Source: Isurus oxyrinchus
Taxonomy: Eukaryota
Assembly (NCBI GenBank): GCA_026770705.1
Contig: JANJGN010000038.1
Coordinates: 2,852,001-2,916,000 of the forward strand
Reading direction: 5' to 3'
Length of the DNA: 64,000 nucleotides
Shown here: positions 51,980 to 63,253 of the stretch, in pieces
How positions within the stretch are numbered: the first letter of the stretch is position 1
How the letters are laid out: the number at the start of each line of letters is the position of its first letter
The notes under the pieces: generated by a model
Told to the model about the DNA's origin: nothing
Seen by the model: the letters and a program-made list of their open reading frames with translations, nothing else
Databases searched by the model: none
Position numbers and translations under genes: made by a program

Positions 51980-54900
51980 CTAGAATAAATAAACGGACTG
52001 TGTTATAAATGAGATCAGGTTGAATATAGACTCGATATAACATAAAGGCGGCAGCTGGCAGGGCACATGAAAAGACCTTAAGTCGATTGAAGTAATTTTC
52101 TGAAAACACGGTATGATTGTTGGGGGTGAAAATCGAGGTCATACAGCGCACCTTGGATAGAGGAGTTATTTTAAATGATAATGTTTGCATTATTTGCACC
52201 GTTCCATGAAAAATGATCATTCACCTGTGACTGAAGTTTATTTTTACTCTTTTAGCAGCCGCTAACACCAAAATAATCAAAAATCTATTTAGAAGGCGAA
52301 TTCGGCACTGATCTGAATAGAAAGGTGGACTCAGGCTCGAATCACTTGCATTTCACAGGCTACACTAACCAGGAGATCATCAGGCAAATGAGGGCGGAGT
52401 CACATTTCAACTCAAGATTCAGCTGCACCTCATCGGCACAGTTTATGTTCGCCTCTCAGGAGGTATTGACATTTTACGGCAAAGATCATTTGTCGGTAGA
52501 AACAAATGATTTCACAGTATTTAAACCGGTTAAGGTGCATATATATTGACAGTATAATCTGAACAGCAGCATTACTCTTTACCCAATGTCATCAGATTGG
52601 ATTGTTATTGATGACGTCAGCATTGCAGTATCAACATCTTTGCTATGACTATCGCGATATATTATGTTTACAATTCTCTGGTTACACGGTTACTAAGGTC
52701 CTGTGAATTCTGTAATACATTGTGTCGTATATTTCCCTATGGCAGCTCCAGCATTATGTCACAAAAGCACCATAGGGATGGTTACCCTGTGGGGTAGAAC
52801 TGTGAGCGCCTGGTTAAAGGTGACGTTAACAATTCCCTCAATCCCCTGAACGTGTCACTACTAACTCTCTAATTCTGCAAGCTATCCCACTGGCTGATTT
52901 TTCGATTTGTATTGAGCGCAGGTGGCTTAAGTGAATGCAGAAGCATCGTAATTTTATGTGTACCTGCACCAAAAGAATAAACATTGTCATATTTTATCCA
53001 ATTCATCGTTCTCATCAAATCCTTGTTTCCCCTCTATGAGAGTTGAATGATTGACAAGCCTCATTTTCTAAACAACCAAACAAGACCTTCCAATTTTACA
53101 ATTCGAAAAAATTGTCGATCCTACAATACCTACTCTACCTTGAATTCTACCAGGCTATGAGCCCTTCATATATATGAGCTGATGAAGCATTGTAGGATCA
53201 GGCAATCTACAGAAATATCTGTACTGGAGTAAGACCAGCTGTTTAAGCTGTTCAACCGGACTCGAGTCAACGCAACTGAATAGTACCGAGATAATTCAAA
53301 GACTGACATTGTGCAGGACACGGATATAAGTTGTGTTCACTTACCTATTGCACTTGAACGTGTGCCAAGTAGGGGATATTACGTGTAATATCCACAGCTT
53401 CACCAAACACTTGGCAGATAGATAGGCCGAATGGCCTCCTTCTTTTCATGGATAACTGCCACTCTATGAGCATCCAACATCGATAGCTGCCAGATCCTTT
53501 AGAAGACTGCTTCCTTTACTCAGCGAGATGTTTTCCAGCACGGAGTGATCCCACAAGACATAAAAGAGCAGCTCCAACTACTGGAGGTTCAGAGACTCAG
53601 CAACATTTGCTTAACTCTGGGCAGGTACATCAATACAGTCACCTGGGCATATATTCTCTACATGGCCATGCATACATTTTTCGATGACATGGCTGAGATT
53701 TCAGATCAACAATGGATGAAGTATTGTACTCCTGCTATGTTTCTCACTTAGTAAACCCAGTATAACAGAATGCACTGTCCAGAAGGTGAATTGTGCAATG
53801 ATCCCTGGTTGACATGTTTTTGTTTGCCCATCGAAACTTTATTGGGTCTTTTTCAGATTCCGAGGATGTTTGTGGACTGCCTGGTAAGGAGACCTACCAA
53901 CCAACTCTCTGATCTGCGCCTTTAATTTCAGTGTATTTTTCAACAGGGCACAATGAATAGCGGCCTGATGCACGTAAACAAGGGGGAAGAAAAAACAGCG
54001 CAACTATTGGCAACACGAATGCGACCAGTTGATTTACTGCAGACTGAGATTCTCCTTGAAAAATCAGTTCTTGGTGCCTCCGCTTCACATTGGACATACG
54101 GACAGATTGTGTGCTAAATTATGTGAGCTGAGCAAGGTTGACGATGGTGGCAACAAAGTCATGCCCTGCTTCATAGGTAACCTTTCACTGATTCAGAATT
54201 TCCCAAATACTTCATGGGGAAATAATAATACTTTTTCAAAAATTTAAATACTTTAGTGTTTGAGTCCACAGCAAGTTAAACTAAAATAACACCCCGAAAA
54301 AAACTAAAGGAGCAAATAGGAAGCCAGTCTATATAATGCTGTGTCTGGATATAATAGAGATAACAGACTCTGGACGATATCACTGCTCCTGCAATTCTGC
54401 ATGGAGTCTTCAACATGCGCCGGAACTATCGGATCGGGTCAAGAATATGCTTTTCAAATGAAACACAGCAGCACTGAGACTTCACTACCCTTCACACCGT
54501 TCGACTGCAATATGAGCCTCGATCAAGTGCCAGAATTGTGGAAAGGAGATTAATCCACAACCTTCTGATTCAGAAGCCAGGGGAATGTTAATGATGTCCG
54601 CTATGATTAAAAATAAAAATACGGGGATAATTTCAAAGCAATGCGTATCTCCGAATGCGATCTTTGGAAATTATACAAATCGATCATTCATTGCACAACA
54701 ACATCAAGTTGCAGCTTTGCAGCACGAGAAACGTGGGGAAAAAGCCTCGAGGTGTTTTACAGGAGCAAAATCAGACAGCACCTGATGCCAAGTGAAGGAA
54801 GATCCAATCAGGTCAAGTAAACAAATCTTTGTAAAATATCGTTTCTTTAATGTGCTTCTTGAAGTAGCAGAGATAGGTAAAAGCAGCGCACAGGTTTAAC

Positions 54901-56552
54901 GATGCATGTGTAGAGCTTAGTGTTTGGGCAGTTGACACCCATATTCTATAAGTGATATAGGGAGCTGGTGGCCTAACGGTGATGTCAGTGAACAAGTAAT
55001 AGTAGAAATCGCCTTAGTAATGGTGACCACGAAACTGCCACCGAACGCTGTAAACCAGATCTGCTTCACTAATGCCCCTGACGGAAGGAAATCTGAAATC
55101 CGTACATGGACCATGCCAGTTTCATTGACTTTTAAGCTGTCCTCCACCATGACTTAGAAATACATCAGCTCATGGGCAATTCGGCAACAAGTGCTGGCCT
55201 TGCCAGCGACATCCCATGAAATAATTAGGACAAAATAAAGAAAATTGAGCATGCACACGAGATCTGAATTGGAGGCACGTGGGGATCCGGGAGGGCAGGC
55301 TGACTGGAGCAATAGCCAGCATAAAGTTTCCCGCTTGGTCGGCAACATGTTAAACTTTTTCAACATTTCTTTCTTCACTCCCGACGCACAGTGGCAACAG
55401 TGTGACCCATCTATAAGAGACCCTCCAGCCACTCCCTAACGCTACTTTGACAGCACTTTCCAAGCGCGGAACCACTACAATCTAGAAAGAAAAGGACAGC
55501 AGATGCGTAGGAACACGATCATCTGAAAAGGCTCCTCCAAGTTGCACACCATCTTTACTTGCCACTAAATCATCATTCCATCATTATTTCTGGGTCTAAA
55601 TCCTGTAATCCCCTACAGTATTGTGCGTGTCATACGCCACGTGGTTTGCAATGGTTCAAGAGAAAAGGTCACCGCCATCTTCTCTAGGACAATTAGAGAC
55701 AAAACATGACCTTGCCAGCGACCCAAAAACTAGCCGAATGAATACTTTAAAAAAAAACAGTTGATCGAGGAGAAAAGCCATGCAGGTATTTAAAAAACAG
55801 GAATAAGAATTTTCAAACGGTGTAGTTATTTGACTTGGAGCCAGCACAAGAGTAATGGTTAAATGGGGACATGTCGTGAATTGGGCCAATTTTGGATGAT
55901 TCTTGTTTGAAAGTGAAGATGTGGAGATGGAGTGTATGGCGGGATTCAAAGATGATAGCTTTGCGATTCTCGAGGAGACAACCTGTACTCGCTTAATATT
56001 GACTGTCTAGACATGCAGCGGAAAAGTGAGAGGCAGTGGAGAATACAGAGAATGGGCAGTGAGGTAGCCCTTTGTCAGTGGCCAAATGGGATAAAGAATT
56101 GCGATTTAGAAATATATGGTTGAGGGGCATCATCGGGTTGAAACATGGATGATGAGTAAATAGTCAGAAGCTAGAAGACTCTCAATGTTAGGTGTTTTTC
56201 TGGCTGGAATTGATTTATCAGAGTGAAACCATTCAAAAATCAGTTTTGGTGAATGTTGTCACTATATAGGTTGAGCGTAACTTCCTCCAATTTATTCAAT
56301 CCGCCCTCTAGGTAAATACCTTATTGCGAAACAGTAAATCACAGTAACTCTGAAAGAACGCTGATGCTTTGTGTAATCTGCTTGAAAGCACACCAAGTAT
56401 TTCTAAAAGTGGAGGAACAGACGGGTGTTGCACATTTTGGGTATTAGAGCATATATATCTTATACATTTGCTTCAAAGCATTAATGATCACCACGAAGAT
56501 ATCACACACAGACAAACCATGAATAAGCAAGGCAGCCAATTTTCATTTTGCT

Positions 56553-56558
56553 TTTATT
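56553..56558 (-). terminator. Polyadenylation signal of the secretory Ig mRNA
   Basis: AATAAA on the minus strand about 225 nt downstream of the secretory stop codon. Confidence 0.7.
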
Positions 56559-56783
56559 GCAATCAGTTGTGCCACATACAGACAAACTAACCATGCATCA
56601 CTAAACCCTTCATGAGTTTTTGATAATATGGCAACTTGTATAAAATGCGAACAGTCATTCGCTGCCCTGGAGGGTGATTGTGAGGTCAGATGTTTGGGAG
56701 ATTTGTTGATTCCAATGTTGAAATAATTAGGAACCTCACAGCGGTGACATTTCTACAGGAAAGGCCTGGTCAATCATGGCGGG

Positions 56784-57166
56784 TTATGTACACGATTTAA
56801 CACTGTCAGTTAGGTGAAGCGAAACATTAACTAAAGTAGGTTTACCGTGGGATTTATTAATACTTCGGATTAAATTCCTCTCGAGGGACGGGTGGCCCAC
56901 TAAACAGGAGTAAGTGGTGCCAGTGTTCCACTCGGCTGCGGTGAGTCTCAATCTGCCGGCTAAGAAGCTGGAACCATTTCCCTTCTCACTCTCCAGTTGG
57001 CTCGGATGACCTGAATCCAGAAGGGTGTCATTGGCCATCCAAGCGATGTAAATCTCAGCAGGATAAAAACCGGTGGCGAGACACACCAGCGTTGCCGTAT
57101 TCTCAGTGTCGATCTCATCCTCTGACGGAGACAGAATGTAGACTTTGGGACTAATCATTGTGCCAA
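56784..57166 (-). CDS. IgW: Terminal Ig constant-domain exon with secretory tailpiece (IgW Cw6-like; equivalent to IgNAR C5)
   Basis: Acceptor ttacag|TT. Translates VGTMISPKVYILSPSEDEIDTENTATLVCLATGFYPAEIYIAWMAND...YSCLVGHPSL, then tailpiece GKPTLVNVSLHLTDSVKSCT* with an NVS glycosylation site and penultimate Cys. An internal donor CACG|gtaaac at 56846/56845 allows splicing to TM1. Confidence 0.93.
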
Positions 57167-57611
57167 CTGTAAAGAGAGAAATATACAAATATTTTTTTAA
57201 ACTGACTCTGTCTATTATTTGGTCTTCACTATACATTTTCTTCTCTTAGAAGTACCATATGTTTGGAAATGTGGAATATTTCCTATCTCATAGGTTTAAA
57301 AATCTTTTTCCTTGCACATGGCTCTCATTCATATTTTTTCTTTTTATTGTTTGCATTGTGGCCCTATTTTTTTCCCCATAGCGTTGGGGAAAGCATTTTA
57401 AAGAAATGCTGACACTGTTGGACTTGGGGATGCAGCAGTTTCAGATTTCTTACATTTTCTTTACCATAGTTTTCATCAACGTGGTGACTGGTTGGACCCG
57501 GGACTGTATTTCATTGATTATACTAGAATTTAACGTTTGGCCTGCTTTTTATTTTCGTTTGGGGCCATTGGCAATTGGACCAGTCCCTGAACGAGTGTTA
57601 TCTGTGCTTAC

Positions 57612-57932
57612 CCTTTAATTTCCTCGTTGAGCGTCTCTTTGGTGTTGGTAATTCACTTCCTTCTACAAGACAGACATATTCCACCCCACTGTCCCACTCT
57701 GCCGCAGTGACCGTCAGTTTGCTCACAATGGCCAAATTGCTTCCACTCCACTCAGGATTCTGGGTCTCAACTCCTTCCGTTCTCATTCTCCCATCCACTT
57801 GCCAGGACACGCTGATGCTTTCTAAATCACTGTAAAGGATTTCACAAGCAATGGTCGCTGTCTTTTGAACCCATATCTCTTCAAACGGAGGGTTCAATAT
57901 ATTGACAGAAATGTCTGACTCAGGGCAATCAG
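57612..57932 (-). CDS. IgW: Ig heavy-chain constant-domain exon (IgW Cw5-like; equivalent to IgNAR C4)
   Basis: 321-nt phase-1 exon, ctttccag|CT...AAGG|gtaagc. Translates ADCPESDISVNILNPPFEEIWVQKTATIACEILYSDLESISVSWQVDG...VETQNPEWSGS...EWDSGVEYVCLV. The extra N-terminal Cys is a candidate for an interchain disulfide. Confidence 0.92.
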
Positions 57933-59669
57933 CTGGAAAGAAAAGCGAACGGTTGTTTCAAACTCTCATGTTGAAATCACGGACGACAAACACTGCAGAA
58001 TGCTAGAAAATGTGAAACAGTACTTACTGAAAAGTGATTGAGTTGTTATTATCCTGTTGCTGGTTGAGATAACATAATGCTGCGCTCTCCTAGACTTATT
58101 GTTTTCATTCCTATGGCTTCCATGGATCATGTTCTGAATAATATTCACTGCAATTCTTTCCAGGCTCGCCGATTACTCTGACAGGGACTGAATATTTGAT
58201 TGTATTTGCGCTGATTCTGGAGGTCGAACGCTGTCTAGTGGCCTGTAGGTGCTCGATTCTTTTCCCACTCATGTAACGTAATTAAAAGTTCCCTCTATTT
58301 ATGACCCAATGTTTAGTTAATTTTTCCAGGACTGATCAAAGGGCGGACGCGTGCCCTGAGCAAAACTTTATAGACATTCTGCATGATTTGACACCAAGTT
58401 CACTCACTCAATTGGAGAGTCTAATGTTTTAGAGAGAGTGAAATATCATCCAGTTTGGAAGGACTGCCGCTGGAATTTTGAGTTTAAGCAATTGTTTTGC
58501 AGAATGTAAAGTGAGGAAATGTGTAGGTTTACCATGATATACCTGACCCAGAGGTACACAAATTTTAAATTAGTAACAATGGACAGGCCTTCTATACTAT
58601 CCGTGCACTGAGAGCAATAACAGGTTTACCAACAAAAATGGGGCGGGGGAGGGAGGCGGTGGGGTAGTTTTAAAAAAAATAAAATTCTGCTTCTGGTCAG
58701 GGAAATAAAAACGTAAGAAATCGGAGCCGCAGCAGGCCATTCGATCCCTGAAGGCTCGCCGGCCATTCATTACAAGCATGACCTTCGCCTCTGTCTCCAG
58801 CTCCCCACCCACTGCACATATTCCTTGATTCCCTGAAAGACCAACATTTATCCAGACTGTCAGATGTGACCACTTACTTGCCTGTTGGGTTGTCTGATTT
58901 AATCAATCACTTAACAAATCTCCTCTCAACCTCCTCTTATCCAAAGAGAACAGCCCTTCCCTTTAGAATCTCCCTACGTAACTGATTCCCGTAACCCTGG
59001 AATAATTCTCACAATCCCTTTCTGCAGTCTCTCGAAACTTTTCATATTCTTGCTAACTTGTGGTGCCCAGAAATGGACACATTATAAAATACTGATTTGA
59101 CCTAAACTGGAATAAAGTATGAACATAATCTCCTTGTTTTGGAACTCTTTGCCTCTGTTTGTACAGCCCAGGTTCTCATTGTTTAACCATTATCTCCAGC
59201 TTCCCCACGCTCATCAATGATTTGTACAGGTATAAGGCCACGTATCCCTGTACTTGCAACCCGTTCCGAATTGCAGCCTTTAGTTTATATTGTCTCTCCT
59301 CATTTGGCAGCAAAAGAAAATATTTGGAGGGAATGAGGAAATTTTATAAAATAATAATGACAGTGTAATAAAACGAGCCATCTCAATGAGTTTAAACAGG
59401 ATAAAACGTGGCAACGAGAAGGAATTTTGCAACCAATTGACAAAAAATGTCCCCAAGTTTTAAAGGGGCAGATTTCAACATTGCAAAGCTCAGATCATCC
59501 TTCCAGCAAAGAAAATGGGATGTTTTAGATTATTTTCTAACGGTTTCCTTGTAACTATTTGAACCAACATGAGACATTTAACTGTATCACATAAACATTA
59601 TTTTCTGGTATAAGATCTAACAGGGAAGGTCACTTTGAGTATCTCTGTCAAATGTCGATTGTTTATCAT

Positions 59670-60070
59670 GCAGAGAATGTGGGCCTCGCTGGCCGGGCCA
59701 GCACTTGTTGCCCATCCATAACTGCGCTCGAGAAGATGGTGGTGAGCTGCCTTCTTGAACCACTGCAGTCTATGTTTTATTGGTACACCCACAATGCTGT
59801 TAGGAAGGGTGTTCCTGGATTTTGACCAGCGGCAGTGAAGCAAACGACAAATATATTTCCAACTCAGGATTGTGTCTTGGAAATATATTGCCTTCCATTC
59901 ATTGTTGTCTGATAAAAATCCTGAAGCTCCCTTCCTAACAGCGCTGCGGGTAAACCTACACCACGTGGACTGGAGCGGTTCAAGAATGCAGCTCACCACC
60001 ACCTTCTCACCGGCCACTAGGGATGGGAAGTAAGTGCTGGCCCAGCCAGCGAAGACCACATCCCGTTATG
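59670..60070. repeat. Inverted pair of LINE 3'-end fragments in the Cw4-Cw5 intron
   Basis: About 59670-59865 (antisense) and 59875-60070 (sense) are diverged copies of the same LINE tail. Confidence 0.7.
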
Positions 60071-60884
60071 AGTGGGTCAGCAGGGACAGAGTGCATCAGC
60101 AGCCTATTTTACCGAGAATGCATCACAGCCCAGTCGACTCTTGCCATCAGCAGATGTCCAAACATGTCGACTCCGACGATGGCCACTCAGGCCGTAGGAG
60201 GAGCAAAGAAAGGGTCCCTCACCTGTTACCAGATACGCCCGGACCACTGTACCTTCCAAGAGTCACCGGTTCAGTGTGGTTAACCCAGTGATGAAAAACA
60301 GCCTCATTGAGGGAACATTATTATGAGTTGGTTCACATTACAGTGCATAGGTGCTCAGCGATCAGATGGAGCTCGAGCTTTAAGAGCCTGGGGCTCCGTC
60401 AGTCGAAGTATTTGCCCTGTTATTGCCACTGCTCACTATTGAGTTCTGTTCGTCACCTCTCGAACCTCAGCTAATGGTTGTTCCCAATGAACCCACATAG
60501 GCAGAAAATATCAGCAAGTTATTATGCCCTGAATGCATCGCACCCAATTTTAACATTCATTCCAAACTGGCACATCGGTAGCTACCGTAGATTGGGAATC
60601 AAACCAATGACCATTCCTACTGCACAAACGAAGAGATACCGAGGCCAATTATCAGGACCCAGACACCAAAGGTCAATATCAACGAACTCAGCAAAGTACC
60701 TCCAGCTTCCTGGGAAATCTGAGAATTCCCAGCCAATCACTGAGGCGCTGGGCAATTATTGTGCAGGGTTTTTTTTAGCCTTCACTTAAAAAATACTACA
60801 CCGCCGGAAATGAAAATGTTGATCAGAGGAGATTAAATTGATCAAAATAAATTGTCACTTCATTAGGTTCAGTCCATGAGGACG

Positions 60885-61036
60885 TTATTTGCCCAGGCCT
60901 GTGACCTCTAATGCATTTGTTGCAGTAGCTTTCAAGACTAGAAACATACAAAACGGCTTCGATTGTTCAACTCCCTGGTGACTGGCTGCTTCTGGTTCTG
61001 AACTCACTGCTGAAAAGCAGTCACTGTTGTAGTTTG
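60885..61036 (-). CDS. Candidate interspersed secretory (terminal) exon of the Ig heavy chain
   Basis: Strong polypyrimidine acceptor (tttctttttttag) about 390 nt downstream of the Cw4-like donor. In phase 1 it reads ANYNSDCFSAVSSEPEAASHQGVEQSKPFCMFLVLKATATNALEVTGLGK*. No canonical AATAAA seen close by. Confidence 0.4.
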
Positions 61037-61424
61037 CTAAAAAAAGAAATGAAACAGGGAAATGGACCGCGCAAAGTCTTAACCCCACTTTGTGGAACAG
61101 AGTGTCCCTTAAGGTGTGCTTAGCACCATCTAAATAAAGCGCTCATTTCCAGAAAACTGAGAAGTTAAGTCTCAGACATTCTTATCCTTCCCCTTATCAT
61201 CACTGGATTCTCAAATTGCTTGTGGAGGTGGACATATTGAGTGCTGAGCACTGTACCATCTCTGTGCTGTCTGGGAGATCAGGCCACATTAATTGGTTCC
61301 CATACGTTATTTAGTCCCTGCAACCTGGAGGAATGTACTTGCTAGTGTGGTGGTTCTTCGGTGTTGCTGTCAATTTAAGTACAAACCTTGAATATGGAAA
61401 TGCAATCTGAGAAACTGTTTTTAC

Positions 61425-61742
61425 CTTTCGTGTTGCTGATGGTCATATTTTCTGTGGATTGTGTAGGTGGGTGTGAGGCGGCACAGGTGTATCTTGCTCC
61501 TGACTTCCATTCCGCTTCAGGTAAAATGAGGAGGCTCTTTGAACTGAAGGTCTGGTCCTGTTCAAGGGCCGTGGGGAAACTGCTGATGTTCGACCTCAAA
61601 GCAGCTCCGTTCTTCTGCCAGGAAATTATTATTTTGTCCGGGTAGAATCCTCTTATCAAACAAGTGAGGGTTGCAGCTTTGGTGCTTTGAATTTCTTCTG
61701 GTGATGGAGGCAAGAGCCGGAGCTTTGGCTCCACTGGCTCGA
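61425..61742 (-). CDS. IgW: Ig heavy-chain constant-domain exon (IgW Cw4-like; equivalent to IgNAR C3)
   Basis: 318-nt phase-1 exon, gttacag|TC...AAAG|gtaaaa. Translates VEPVEPKLRLLPPSPEEIQSTKAATLTCLIRGFYPDKIIISWQK...FPTALEQDQTFSSKSLL...EWKSGARYTCAASHP. Only an 87-nt intron separates it from the previous exon. Confidence 0.9.
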
Positions 61743-61829
61743 CTGTAACAAAAGTTCAACCACTGTTAGTCTTAACTTCATTGTCATTGGTAAACGTATA
61801 TATATATATGTAGGCATGTATAAGCTTAC

Positions 61830-62135
61830 CTCGTTGTTTCTTTCGTGTGCCTTTTGATACCGGAGTCGATGATAGATTGTCCTGTGCTGAACATGAGTAT
61901 TCAGCCCCGCTCTCCCACTCTTCCACGCTGCTTGTCAAGCGGCTGATGGTCAGGTACTGGTTACCATCTTGGGTACCGGTTTCGATTTGAACACCTTCAG
62001 CCCTCACCTTTCCATTCACCTTCCAGGAGATCACAACCTCATTGGGAGCTGTGGACACCACTTCACACACTAGGATGGCAGTTTTATTGATCCAAATATC
62101 TTCAACTGTGGGATCTCTGAGAAGTACTGTGATAT
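61830..62135 (-). CDS. IgW: Ig heavy-chain constant-domain exon (IgW Cw3-like; equivalent to IgNAR C2)
   Basis: 306-nt phase-1/phase-1 exon, tgtag|AT...CGAG|gtaagc. Translates DITVLLRDPTVEDIWINKTAILVCEVVST...ISWKVNG...YLTISRLTSSVEEWESGAEYSCSA, a C1-set Ig domain with canonical Cys-Trp-Cys. Closely resembles shark IgNAR C2/IgW C3 as I recall them. Isotype inferred from the TM exon. Confidence 0.9.
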
Positions 62136-63253
62136 CTACAAGTGAGCAACAAAAACAAAAAAAATAAAATCACGAGGAGGCTTTAATGCTGACAATTCTA
62201 CTTATTAACAATAATTTTTATATCAGTGACAATCTGTGGGCAGACATGTCAACACGTGGCATGCAGGACGTTTTAACCTGTAAGGAGGAAGGTCGCCTTC
62301 AAGGCTCTCAGTGCCTGGTGGAGGGACCCATGATCATGAAGGGGGTTCTGCGCTGTGAGTCACCCCCAGCAGGCAAAACCCCTTCCACCATTCCTCAGGT
62401 GTGGCCTGGGTCACCCCTTTTCTACATTGGACGACACGTCCCAAGGACATTACCCTCCATCACACTTTCCTAGCACCAACATGCCCTTTCTACATCCGAC
62501 GCCCTCCCAAAGACTTCCAACCGCGGATGCTCGCTTCCTTCCACCCCAGCCTCTCCATAAGGACTACTTAATCATATCTGCACACACCCGGCATCATCTC
62601 CCTTGTCAGCCTTGAAACACCCAACACTTACATGACCCTGGAATCCGAGATTCAGACGCAGTGGACTTGTTGTGTCCCCAGACCTGCCCACTGCTGCCGC
62701 TGGTGCTGCTGGGTAAATAGCGCTGCCAGCCAGTCAGATTGGCTAGCAGGTCCCTGAGTTGGAACATCCACCTGAGTTCGAGACACAAGTCCGGATCAAG
62801 CCAATTATTACTCCTGATTCAGGGGCTGCTGCGATTGGCGGGGATGTGATCCAACCACCAACCTCCCCTGCTCTGCACCCCCCCCCCCTAAAACCTTGCC
62901 CAGCCCCCACACTTCACCCCGATTCTGTGGATGGCAGTGCTGGGGTCTCCTGATCCGGAACTTCCTGCCAGTGACAGGTTAATTCCACTGTCTATTTCTC
63001 TGCCCTTGCTTTCTCTCTGCTCCATTCTTCCGTTTCATCTTACATGCACATTTTTGTACCGATACTCAGCAGCAAATAGAATCCACTCTGGCAATTGGAA
63101 CGATTATCTCAATGAGGCTTTACAGTTTGACAGATTTTGTTGAAAATATATCCATTTGCTGTAATTCTCTGTTCTATTTTGCCTGCAGAAATTTGGCGAA
63201 TTCAGTGGGCAGGGTGTGTCAACATTTTTTTTATCGTACTATCAAAATAGGTT

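Larger units (their letters stand above)
33917..52404. repeat. Tandem segmental duplication, copy B (~18.5 kb, proximal to the C exons)
   Basis: Begins gaagaatttaggaggtcttgtcag directly after the end of copy A and ends ...ggagtcaca at 52404. Roughly 10% diverged from copy A by eye. Confidence 0.95.

Noticed and set aside
51708-52220. 170-aa single-exon membrane protein ORF
   Set aside because: Only 51822-51979 is bounded by splice sites and Ig-TM-like. The upstream part is intron that differs by an indel in the duplicate.
53335-53350. Strong minus-strand donor-like site (ATAG|gtaagt) between the last C exon and TM1
   Set aside because: No matching acceptor or meaningful reading frame was found upstream of it.
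63110-63182. Possible additional secretory exon upstream of the first C exon (GKIEQRITANGYIFNKICQTVKPH*)
   Set aside because: Weak polypyrimidine tract, no polyA signal and no recognisable homology, so insufficient support.
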